A stretch of DNA of 60,000 nucleotides from Callorhinchus milii (lineage: Eukaryota): NCBI RefSeq assembly GCF_018977255.1, contig NW_024704742.1, positions 6,822,001-6,882,000 on the forward strand, in the 5' to 3' direction. The notes under the pieces are model-generated. The model was given only the letters and a program-made list of their open reading frames with translations, had not been told where the DNA came from and did no database searches. Below, one piece after another: positions 13,791 through 25,400 of this stretch (position 1 is its first letter; each line of letters begins with the position of its first letter). The position numbers and the translations under genes were made by a program.

Positions 13791-15199
13791 TGTGTCTCGC
13801 AGGGACATTCTGACATGTCAGGCTGACTCCCGAGGTACCTGGATCTTCTTGGAACCAAGATCCTGTGAGATGGGGTGATGCGTGCAAGAATCCCAGCAGA
13901 GAATGCAGTCTGCGTGGCAAGCCATTTCATTTTGAGGGAGCAAAGGAGCAGTGATATCTGTGGCTGCTTTAGTCGGTGCCTTTAGAATTTCACTGCGTGA
14001 GAAACGACAGCAACTTGCATTCATCTATCGGCCCTTTACGCAGGGTAGAAAGATTTTCAATAATAAGAATAATAAACAATCCTCGCACTTGAAATAGCAC
14101 CTTTTTAACGCCATTGAGATGCCTTAAAGCACTTGACAGGATTTTTACTGTGACTGAATAGAACACGACAGCCAATTTCTGCAGAGCAGTGCACAAACAC
14201 AAAGAGCCGTGAAATGAATGACCAATTTTATCTGGGGGATCGTTAGTTGGGATACAAGGAAAAACTCCTTTCTTTTTTTGAATAGTGCCATGGGATCCTT
14301 AACATCCACCTGGATAGGCAGACACTCCCCCAGAAATAAGTTTAAGTGGACATAACAGTCTTTTCTCATCCTTCACTTCTTTTCTTTTATGAGTTGCCTT
14401 CAGATGAGTTAAACCATATGTTTGTTGTACCATCATTTCTGCTCAACAAGGTTTGTGTTCCCCTACAACATACACGATGACAACAACTTGCCTTAAATTC
14501 TGTGAGGCACTTTGAAACGTCTTCCTGAAGTGCCGTGTCAAATGAGAGGATTATTATATATCTGGCCCATAAAATATACCTTGTTACCTCCCACCTGGTG
14601 CTTTACGGGAGTGTTAGCTCGCATACTCAGAAGTGCCCCTAAGATGGGCTGGAAGTTTGAGATTAGTCTTGAATAAAATTACCGAAAATAATAGCTGCTC
14701 TCAACGTTTAATATACATCAGCTTTCAATGTGGTTTGAATCACCTTCGTTTCTTGCTGGTGGTCTGCCATAATACAAACTGGCAACGATCTCAACCTTTA
14801 ATACTTAATTTTAATGAATGATGGCAACAGTTTTTGTACAAGTTAGCATATTGCCTTTAGCACAAGCAGAATGATTAGGAAAATTTTTCCAGATGTTTCA
14901 GAAACTGGGGCTTGGGATGGGGATGGGGATGGGGTGGAGCGTTGGAAAGCTATTAGTATGTGTGCTTCCAATTGTAATTTACACTGGGAACATGAGAATC
15001 TTTTGAGTGCTGTGCTCAGTTGGCCAACTTTAAGCCTTCAAATTGATGGTTCTGATCAACATATCTGAAGCATAGTGTAATATAGGCCTCATCACAGTAA
15101 GTGCACCTCACAGACGTTGAGTAATGGACAATATTCCTGATAATGAACAATATTATATTACAGAAAAGGTTGTGGGTCCACTCAAATTTCTCCCCACCT

Positions 15200-15490
15200 C
15201 CACTTGCAGGCACTGGCCTGCTTCACATCCTCCGCTCTCAGTGGTCAAGCCTTCAGACTTTCTGCCCCCACTCTAGCACTCCATTCGACAGTCACTTCAC
15301 CTCTCCCCTTCCCTCACCTCTTTCAAAGTCCATTTCAAGACCTTCCTCTTTGACCGTGCCTTCGATCATCTTCCCACCCCACCCCTCCTGAATCCAACCC
15401 CCAGCTCGATTGCAAACCCTCAACTGTTCAGCGCCTTGGGATATCCTCCCGACGTGAAAGGCCGATATAAATGCAATGTCATTGTTTTCA
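15200..15490 (+). mobile_element. L2 LINE 3' end
   Basis: ttcaaagtccatttcaagaccttcctctttgaccgtgccttc...cagcgccttgggatatcctcccgacgtgaaagg. Confidence 0.8.
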
Positions 15491-15949
15491 TCGTTGATAC
15501 ATTTCTGACTCCACCACACCATTCATCTCAAATTCCTGAAGGTGGATCTCAGTCTCATGAGGCTCTGACCCTGTATCCACTTTGAGGTGCAGAAGAAATC
15601 TTGTGCATGCAATACAGGACATGTTTGTCCATTGAGAGTCAGTAGGAGAAGATGGGACATAAACAATCTCTTATGCAGCCTGAAGGAGTCCACTCTTACA
15701 AAATGAACCAAATTATTGTTTGACTACATGTATCTCCTCATTGCACATCAGAAGTGCAATAGTTTGCTCCTCAAATGTTTTTAGCCCAGATGTGACCTCA
15801 CATGGCTTGAAAATTCACACATCAAATCTCATCCAAGTTAATTCAAGTGTACGGGGGCGGGAGGCTGGTTATTAAGTCTGAGAGTTAATAAGTTGGTGAA
15901 AATTGTGACATGTAACGTATGATCATAATTAGCTCATTCCGGTGGAAGC

Positions 15950-16760
15950 TGCCAGTCCAAACTGCAGACATCAAATGGTTGATGAGTCTGGCACAAATTA
16001 AGGTAAATAGCAGTTAACATGGGTTCAGAAAGGATAGCTCTTATCTCACAATCTCATAGACTCTTTTGAGGAGGTGACAGCCCAAATTGACTGTGGGAAA
16101 TCATATGATGTTGTGTATCTAGATTTCCAAATGGCATTGGACAAAGTACTATGTGAAAGACTCCTTCACAAATTGTGGTCACTGGGTACCAAGGGCAAAA
16201 CATGGACATGAATTCACAATTGGCTGAAGGGAAGGAAGCAATGGGACTTTGTTAGGTGAGCTGGTTGAACATGCGGGCAGGTTTTAAGCCGGTGTGCTGT
16301 AGGGGTCTTGAGTGAGACCACTCCTGTTCTTTGTATGTATTAATGGTCTGGATTTGCAGACCCAATGTAAGGTAGTTAAATTTGCAGATGACACCAATTT
16401 GGGGGGAATCTGAATGGTGAGTTTTCCGGAGGGATGAAATCGGATGGGCCAAAGGGCCTTCTTCATCCAAACTAATCTTGCAATATCCTGCAAAACGGCA
16501 TTCCACTGAAGGGATGGTTTAGCTTAAGACCTAACCTGTATAAATCATTAGTTCACCCACAAAAAACACAGTCATTCCACTTTATAGAATATTTTGAGAC
16601 ATCCTCCAGATGTGAAAGACACTATACCAAAGGTAAGGATTATTATCATTACAGTTGTAACACTAAACCTGTATAAATCATACATAGTATTGCAGTATTG
16701 TGTCCAGTTTTGGGCACTCCACTTTAGGAAGGATGTCAAGGCCATAGAATGATGCAGAGG
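15950..16760 (+). mobile_element. Decayed CR1-clade LINE reverse transcriptase fragment
   Basis: Broken-frame motifs HGFRK, FEEVT, DVVYLDFQ.A.DKV, KFADDT and YCVQFWA; interrupted by a SINE tail near 16570-16650. Confidence 0.85.
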
Positions 16761-16859
16761 ATATTACCTTCTTTGGGGGGGGAAGGTAAGTGGGGTCTCC
16801 TTGGAGCTGAATTGGCTCAAAGGTGACATGTCTGGCAAAGGAATGTCGGAATTGAACTA

Positions 16860-17415
16860 GTCCTCTATGGCAGTCTCCGTTGTCCGGTTCCTGAGCCAGG
16901 CGGATCCACAGTATTCCAGGGCACTGCTGTTGACAGCACAGCCAGCTTGGTTCATCAGCAGGACTTTGAAGGGCAGACCAGTCACTGGGGGCAGGAAGTC
17001 ATCCCACTAAGCTTCTGTTAACCTTGCAAGCTAAAGCCCTAATGGGTAGGGTGGTCGTAACTGGACAAGCAACGGGAAAGCTTGCCAGACAGTAATATCA
17101 ATGGCAAGCTATGCAGTTAGATTCCAGTAGTACATCCAACGCACACGCTGGGGTCCCCAAGCCTTGGCTCTTGTCAAACTGTGTTTAATACGTTACGGAA
17201 TTAGGTAAGTGTCCTTCCAGGGAGATTGCACATTCCATTCCAACAATCTATCTTGGAGATTTCCAGCGCCCTGGGACATCTTTCCGACGTGAAGGATACT
17301 ATACAAATGTAATTTGTTGTTGTTGTAGGTGGGATGCACGGAAATCTCAGTTTGGTTTGGATACTCTGAAGCATGGTGATGGGTTTCCAGTCAGACACTC
17401 GGCTGACCAAAAAAA
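16860..17415 (+). repeat. Unclassified interspersed repeat, family C (other copies about 2014-2480 -, 11085-11450 +, 39195-39500 +, 46238-46295 -)
   Basis: Shared blocks ctgttaacc.tgcaagc.aaag, ctggacaagca..gggaaagcttg, ggtcccc, cattccattc and cagacac.cggctgaccaaaa. Confidence 0.8.
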
Positions 17416-18721
17416 AATACAAGAGGATATTCTCTAGGATGATATCAGCTACGAAACTAGGAAAGAGCTGTCATCATCTCAAACAAATTGATATCATCAA
17501 CTACTGACGATCTATGTTGACCATATTTCATAATCTTGACCCCCATGACTTGCAGATTATTGCAAATTGGATATTTTTTGCAGTATGTAACTTTGCCATA
17601 TTTGAGCAAGATTGGAATGGTGAATATATTTGTAAAGCTTACTTCTTAGATCAAATTCTGGCCAAAGATAGGCAATTTAAATTTACTAGATCACAAAAGG
17701 ATCCCTTGCCTAACTCCTGACAGTAAACTGTTAAAAGGAACATTACAATTGGCCCAAATCTACAATCAACCTAAACTATTTTCAACCATAAAATGCAAAG
17801 CAATTAAGTGCCTCTTTTCCGCTAGTGAGTAATGGCAGTGTCTTTTTGCTCTTTGTCTGTCGTTCTGAGCATTTTGTACACTTAATGTGTAATGGAGTCT
17901 GGCTAGTTTGTAGCAATGTGAGTGTGCACTGTGTTTCTCATTACGAATCAAAATGATGGATTTGTGACTTAAATGCATGCCTCATTAAAAAAACAAATGC
18001 AACACTACAAACCCCAATCAATTTCAACTTCTACAAGAATGAACAGAAGCACATTTTTGTGTTACTCAAAGACCAGAGTTTTCCTTCCACAGGGAGTTCA
18101 GCTTCCAGCATGCTAGGATCAGGGAATGAATGGTCTGTGCTTTACTACACACCTGTAATGACTGCGTATTAGGTAGAAAAACCTGGCAGTCAATGTTTGC
18201 ACAGTAGTGACCCGGTAACATCCAACTCATGTGCTGGCTCAATCCTTACTTGACTGAAAATATTAGGGGTTAATGCCCTGTGATCCCTGAAAATAGTTAT
18301 CTTTTTTCAGTAATTCTTTATGATGGTTTTCCTATCATTGTATAACGAGCACAAAAGATGGTCATTTTTTGGTGATCAGTCTCAGTCAGACCCACCCATA
18401 AGTTATGTTAATGTCATTTTTTGTGAAAAGATGACATACACATGCAGATATCTGATAAATATCTTCCAGCTTTTAACTACAAGATTTGTTCGACATTCGC
18501 AAATCGTACCCGTTGCATTAATTGCAACTTCTGTTTCCTTGCGTCTGCTTTAAACAGTAAAGTGGTTTTAAACACTTCTGGTTTGCGGCCATATTGGCTC
18601 ACTTTTTGTAGTAACTAATGGCTGTCGCATCGTCGGTGGTGTTGCTTTCTACACTGCGCTTGTTCAGAACATTGTTTCCCGCTGTCCACTCTTTCATGAG
18701 GGAAGTGACATCAGTGACACG

Positions 18722-18876
18722 CTCTAACCAATCGACTAACAACCGGGTTCCTACTTACTGTTAAGTAAACAGAGGCGTGTGGAGTAAGAAAACTTGCCCA
18801 ACATTTCGCCCTGCCGGGAATTGAACCCAGGTCTCTCATTTGCGAGGCGCGTGTTCTAACCACTGAGCGACAGGAC
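18722..18876 (-). mobile_element. SINE family A, 5' half
   Basis: Head and first part of the body nearly identical to the copy at 1-277. Confidence 0.82.
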
Positions 18877-19303
18877 AACCTCCTGCTCTAAGTCTCCATA
18901 AGTACCATCCACCTGACTGGGTTTATTGTTTTTAGACAGCCTGAACCTATCTAGAATTTCATCCTGATTTATGTTAAAATCCTGGAGTTCAATATTTGCT
19001 GGATGTTGGGAGCAATATTCATTGTGCCCTCCCTGGAAAAAAATGTGTTTAATGTATTCGCTATCTCCTGTTCATTATATTTTTTCAACCCCCTTGGATT
19101 CTCTTAGGATATTAATCTTCCCTTAAGTATCCTCTTACTGTCATAATATTGAAAGAATACTTTGCCGTTTTGTTCTGCATATGCTGTCAGGTCCCTTTCC
19201 AATGTGTGCGTACCATTATGTGTATGTGGGTGAGTGGGTACAGCAACGATGCATACTGTGTGTGTGTGTTTGTATATGTCTCCACCCATTTTTAATTGCT
19301 TAC

Positions 19304-19408
19304 CGAATGGACAATGGCAGTAATAGCCGTCCGCTTGATTCTGGCAGGTTCCTCCATTGAAGCAGGGGTTACACTCACAGTAGTTAATGGTCGACTCGCA
19401 TGTTTTTC
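19304..19408 (-). CDS. FAT4: FAT4 coding exon (EGF-like repeat; 105 nt, phase 1 to 1); its reading frame is absent from the ORF track
   Basis: Acceptor ttttcatttcag|GA, donor TTC G|gtaagc. Hand translation GKTCESTINYCECNPCFNGGTCQNQADGYYCHCPF. Confidence 0.96.
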
Positions 19409-19474
19409 CTGAAATGAAAACACAAGATTATTTGTTTTTGCTTTAAGGACACACTGTTTTTGCTTTAAGGACAC

Positions 19475-19556
19475 ACTGTATGTTTGGTGGGTGAATGAGA
19501 TTAGCTGTTTTGATCGATGAACACAGCTAATCTCATTCACCCACCAAACATACAGT
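19475..19556. repeat. Perfect 34-bp inverted repeat with a 14-nt spacer
   Basis: actgtatgtttggtgggtgaatgagattagctgt (19475-19508) is the exact reverse complement of 19523-19556. Confidence 0.95.
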
Positions 19557-19802
19557 CTCTACACCAAGCAGAATTTTGGGTCATCCTCCTGACGTGAAAG
19601 ACTACAGCAAATATAAGGATTATTTTATAATCCAGTGTTCGTTTCCACCGAGGCCTGTGACTTTCAAGATAAGATTCCATTCTCATGGTTCAAAATGTTA
19701 ACCCTCCAACTTGTAGCTGTAGAATGCAGCTGCAAAGCTGTTCACCTCTTGTAAGACTTGCTACCAGCAGAATACTATTCTTAGACACTATATAAATTAC
19801 TC

Positions 19803-19936
19803 AAAAGGCAAAATACTGCAAGTGCTGGAAATCTGAAATAAAAACAGAAGTCGCTGGGAACACTCAGCAGGTCAGGTAGCATCTATGGAGAGACGAAAGT
19901 GAGTTATCCTTTCAGGTTGATAACCTTTTGTTAGAA
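19803..19936 (-). mobile_element. Penelope-like element terminal-repeat fragment with a decayed hammerhead motif
   Basis: ctggaaatctgaaataaaaacagaa...ctcagcaggtcaggtagcatctatggagag resembles the abundant chondrichthyan Penelope-like terminal repeat (from memory). Minus strand reads ctaacaa-a-aggtt-atc-aacct-gaaa. Confidence 0.6.
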
Positions 19937-22405
19937 TATAGATTACTAATTTCATCGTACAATTTTCTTTCCTAACTTATTCCTTCCCAGTGGAACTCTT
20001 TAGCTCGGTCGTTCTTCCTTCTATCATCTAAAGTTTTGAAACCGAAGCTTGATGGTACTGAAAAGATTCTCAATTCATCCTACACTCTCTACTCTGGAAT
20101 ATGGCTCATCACAATCTAACAATTGGGGATTTTAATAAGCGTAGCATTTTTTTTAATTACGTATTCATTAGTGGACCGTCTTATACCAAATTGTAGAATG
20201 TTTTTCCCATTTCTATTTCTGGACAGTTTTTGCTCAAAATGAATGCAAATCAGGTTCCTTAAATGGAGACCTGCACAAAGAGATGTGTGTTAATGCAGCA
20301 GCAGAAAAAACACATGGGGTCACAGTTAATAAACGTGAAAATAATACTAAGAAAACAAGCAGGGGTGTCAAAAAATGTACTAAGAGGAAAAAATGAATAA
20401 TTATAAAGTAATAATAATGAAGTAAACTATAATAATGAAAGAGATACCGTTAACCTGTGGACAGGGTTTATGTAAAATATTAGACTCAAGTTTATTGATT
20501 CAAATTGATTCCTTAAAGCAAAAACAAATAATTTAATGAAAGTACATTCCTTTACTGTAATAAAGCATATGGATCAGGAAATGAGTAGTTCAAGGAAAAA
20601 CCCTGGCTGGAGGAAAATTCAACAAGCAATTTACTGTGTGTTAAAAGTCTATTTTTTTTAATTTGAGAACATATATTGTCTTTGAACAGAAGAAGCAAAT
20701 ATCCCCCAAATCATCGTTAACTGTTTCAGCTCGAAGTTGTGAGGGTTTCTTCATTCTCCCAACTTTCAAAAATAATGGAATGGGTTAGTTGCAACGGGAC
20801 GAAGCAGCTGGCAAAATCTAACCCGCCAGAAATTTGAAAAGACCTCAAGCACCGAAGCGTACAAAAGTAGTTCTGTTCTGCTATGAACGTTCAAAAGCAA
20901 CCTCTCACCATCAAAATCAGTGCTCGCGGCTAGAGAAGGATTTAATCTAGGGTATTTTCCACAGGCTGATGGGAAGTTAGAATTCCGATCGACACGGAAA
21001 AACTCCACTTTGAAACTAAAGTAGGCAATCCCCTGCTTGGTCTACTGCATCAACCAGTTGATCCCTCATCAACTTTAGGAGTGGGTCACTTTAGTAAATA
21101 GCACCAGTGTTCAATTTATTTCCTCTCTTCTTCCAGGTCGCACTATACCATACACTGTACTGCACGCGAGCTGAAAGTGCTTGTGGAAGAGCTACTGCCT
21201 GGCTTCTGCTATTGCCCTTTCATAATCAGACCATGCCAGGTTATGCAACCAGTGCTCAATCCCTCAGGAACCCTTTGCAAAGATGTACCCAAGAGTGATC
21301 CAGATTGATTTGCTCCTTGACTTTCCTTTGTGTTTTCCGGGGAAACATCTTGATTCTGTTTGCCACACCCTTTGGTCCAACTGAGGTGAGGAATTCACCA
21401 TGTTAGCAGTGAGACTGCAACCTATAACTCCACACTAGCCCTGCCAGGTACCTGGATGGAGCTGATCTCACTGAAATAATCTGAGTGAAGGGCAATGTAT
21501 AAATCAAGTTGCTGATGGATAACATTGAGAATGTTTTAAAACAGTTCGCACTAATTACTGTTCGATGTGGTGACGGTAATTGGTGACGGCCAATTTGTGC
21601 ACAGCAATGCCAGGAAGTGATTGACCAATTTTTGGGCCAGACACAAACTCCCTTCTCTTTTTGAGTAGTATTGTGGATTCCACCTGAAGAGGTTTAACAT
21701 ATTTTCTGGAGGATGTATCTCTGATAAGTGTTGTACTTCTCTATCCAACACTGCACGGGCGCGTCAGCCTACACTGTGAGCTGCTACTTCTTCCAAATAA
21801 CACAAACTCAAAGAAACAATAAATAATCCTTAGCACGTCATCGAGATCTCAAAGTACTACATGGGATTTCATAGCCAATTTCCCCCACACACCAATGTCC
21901 CACAAACAACCATTAAGTGAATGACCGAATGGTTTAATCTCTTATCTGAAGGACAGCACCGCCACCAATGCACCCCAAGCACCATATACCCAACAAACCT
22001 AACAGGGATTCTAAATAAAAAGGAATGGAAACTACGGGGTTGTTCTGCTCAGTTCAGCTCAGCCAAGTGAGTTAAAATAGGCTAAATGGGCAAATTACTC
22101 CATTTGAGCGAATTTGTGGACTTCGAAATAACTCTGAAATAGTTTTAAAGGTAAAATTAAATTTCCCATCCTCTGTTATTATTATTGAAGTGTTTAAAAG
22201 AGTTGATGCAATACTGTTGCTGTGAGTGGATCAGCCAAATATCAGCCTATTTGATTCGCAAAACCAAACGGAAGCAGAACAGTAAGTAGTCGGCAAACCT
22301 CGACATGGTTCACTGCCTTGGGGCGCAGTGAGGCAGAATAGCCCTGGATGTCATTTTATTGTTGCGACGGTCACTGATCAACGCCACCAAAAGATGATGA
22401 GATAC

Positions 22406-25400
22406 CTGTATATCCGGCCGCGCAGGCACAGCTGAAGCCTCCGGGGAAGTTTTGGCACCCTCTGCTATTTTTGCAGGGATTCGACTGGCACTCGTTGACG
22501 TCCCTCTCGCACGCAGCGCCCATGAACCCTTCGGGACAGGCGCACGAAAAGGTGCCCACAAGGTTGTGGCAGGAGCCGGCGTTGTGGCACGGGGACGGAA
22601 GGCACTCGTCTATGTCGGTCTCGCACAGGCGGCCCGAATATCCCGGCAGGCACTGGCACACGAACGGCTGGAGGACGGCGTTTGCCACGACCACCACCGG
22701 CGCGCTCTCGACCGTCTGGGTGGCCGGGGCCACGGCGAGTCGCTTCACGCAGCTCGCCCCGTGCTTGCAGGGGTTGCGCGCGCACGGGTCGTGGTCCACG
22801 GAATCGATCCGCACCCCGCTCTGCCTGTGCACGGCCTCCCTGATGCTTTCGAAGAAAGTGGCCACCCCGCTGGGGCTCACGTACTGGCTGCTCATCCTCT
22901 TCACGGCCGTCAGCGCGTAGGTCCGTTGTTCCTGCTCGTAGAGGCCGTAGATGTGCACGGCCGTGCCCATTCCCGCCAGCTGAGAGTTGGCGATGCGCAG
23001 AAAGTGGAGGTAGTGGTCGGTGAGGAAGTCTTTGACCGATGCCACGTTCAGGCGCAGGAGGATGCTGTTGTCTATGGTTACGTTGGTGAATCCCGTGAAG
23101 ATTACGTGGACCTTGTTGCTCACCGCGCCGTGCAGGCCGTCGCTGCTGCGGACTGTGAGTTCGAACGTGCCATCTGTCGACCTCGGCTGGGAGTTCAGAT
23201 CGCACGTGCCCGCCGGGATGCTGAAGAGTGTGGTGGCCCCAGCGGTGAGGGTGCAGCGGAAAGTATCCGATACGTCTGGGTCCTGGGGCTTCACGCTGCC
23301 CAGCATCCCACCGGGGAACAGGTTCCCGAAGTAGTGGACAAAGATCTCCATTATCCTGGGCTCGGAAGGATTGTCGTTCTGGTCGTGCACCGTGATGTGC
23401 ACCGTTCCTATCGAGGACATCTGAGGAATCCCGGAATCCCGAGTGACCACTGACAAGTTGAAATCGCTGATCTGCTCTCGGTCGATTTCTCTCGTTGTAG
23501 TGAGGATTCCCCCAGAGCTGAGACTGAAGTAGGTGGTGGCAGGCCCAGTGCTGAGCAAGTGATAGGTGAATGGACCTTGGTTAGGAGGAAGGTCGGGATC
23601 TGTCGCACTGAGAGTCATCACTGTGACCCCTGAACCTTGGTTCTCTTTAACCTCCCCACTGGTGATGGCTAAAGTGGGCCCATTGTCGTTAATGTCCTCC
23701 AGATTGACTAATAAGCGAGTGCTGCCGGTGGCTGAAGGTACTCCCGAATCCACTGCTAAAACAGAGAGGTTGTACACGGGTGTGGACTCGCGGTCCAGTT
23801 CTGCAGCGACAGAGACCTGCCCTGTCTGAGGGTTGATGGAGAATGCCCCCATTTCGTTGCCAGCCCCGATGTGGTAAGTGAATCGGCTCCAGCTGGGAAC
23901 AGAGTCGGAATCGAAGGCGCTTACAAAGCCGACGTGTTTTCCGGCCTGGGCCCCCTCGTTGATCTGCACGGAGTATTCCTCAGAGGTGAACACGGGGGGA
24001 TCATTAGCATCCAGTACAGTGATATTCACAAGAACTTCATCCAAGTCAAATCCACGGATGCTGCCAGCATTCTTAGCAAGAACCTTCAACGAGATCTTTT
24101 CTTCCTTTTCACGGTCAAGCTGACCCGACACGTAAATTTGGCCGGACTTATTATCAATACTGAACCCCTTCCTTCTGCTTTGGCCAAAAAGTAGGTAGTT
24201 GACGTCTCCGTCGACCCCAAGATCTCGGTCGCTTGCAAAGACGTCTCCGACAACGGTGCCTTCGGAGGCAGCCTCCGAGACCTGGAAGATGTAGTGCCTG
24301 GACACGAAGCGTGGCACGTATTCGTTCACACCGCGGAGCTGCACGTAAACGTGAGCAAAGTTGAAGTGGTCCTCATCCGGCACGTTAAATGCCTTCACAT
24401 ATAAATGATAACGCTGCTTTGTCTCAAAGTCCAGGAAGCCGTGAGTCGTAACAATGCCAGTATTTGGATCGATAACAAAAAGATCGCTGTCCGTGGTCTG
24501 AATCGCGTAGGCTATCACTGCGTTGCTTCCCGAATCTGCGTCCGTGGCATTCAGCTGCACCACCATCGTGCCACTGGGGGCGTTCTCAAATATGACCGGG
24601 AAGTACTCGTCTGGGCTAAACAGTGGCACGTTATCGTTCGAGTCAGTGACGTGAATGCTCATGCTGAGGTAGCCAGTTCGCTTCACCCAACCGCCATCTT
24701 CAGCGCTTATGGTCAGCTCGTGGGTTTGCTTCGACTCATAGTCCAGTTGTCCGGCTAGAACTATAGCACCAGTTAAATTGTTAACGGAGAACAAGCCAGC
24801 CTCGTTTCCTTCAGAAATATTGTACCTGATTAGCCCATTCATGGCAGTGTCTTTATCCCTGGCTGAAGCTGTTCTGAGGACTGTTCCGGTGGCAAGGCTC
24901 TCGGGGACTGTGATACTGATGTGGCTTTGAGAGAATTGGGGAGTGTGCAAGTTCTCCTCAGTCACCAGCACACGGACAGTGCACGTTGAGGAAAGCGGCA
25001 AGTTTCCTTTGTCCATGGCTGTGATTTTCATCAAGTACTCTTTATATACATCGGTCATCAAAGAGGAAGCGACAGAAACCCAACCACTGCTCCTGTCCAG
25101 CGCAAAAAGGCCTGAGCCGTTTCCTCCAGACACGTGGTACTCAATTTCTGAGTTCAGGTTGAAATCTTTGTTGTCTGCCGCTGTGACTTTGATTAACCTC
25201 GTACCAATTCCGACCGTCTTCGCAACCGGAGTAAAGTACTTCTCGGATTCAAACTGAGGAGGGTTGTCGTTGCTGTCCACGACATTGACAATGACTGTGG
25301 TTTCGCTCATTAAGGGTCGACTACCTCGGTCTGAGGCAGTCACAATGAAGCTGTGCCTGTTTATGTTGAGGTTGCTGGAGCCTGTCGAGTTGTGATATTT

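Noticed and set aside
14907..14938. G-quadruplex-like run ggggcttgggatggggatggggatggggtgg (also poly-G at about 33198-33216)
   Set aside because: Simple repeats on the template strand, C-rich in the FAT4 RNA, with no supporting context.
22452..23453. 333-aa antisense ORF and 246-aa alternate-frame ORF overlapping the FAT4 exon
   Set aside because: Expected by-product of GC-rich codon usage (few stops in other frames); low-complexity Ala/Arg/Gly composition and no domain.
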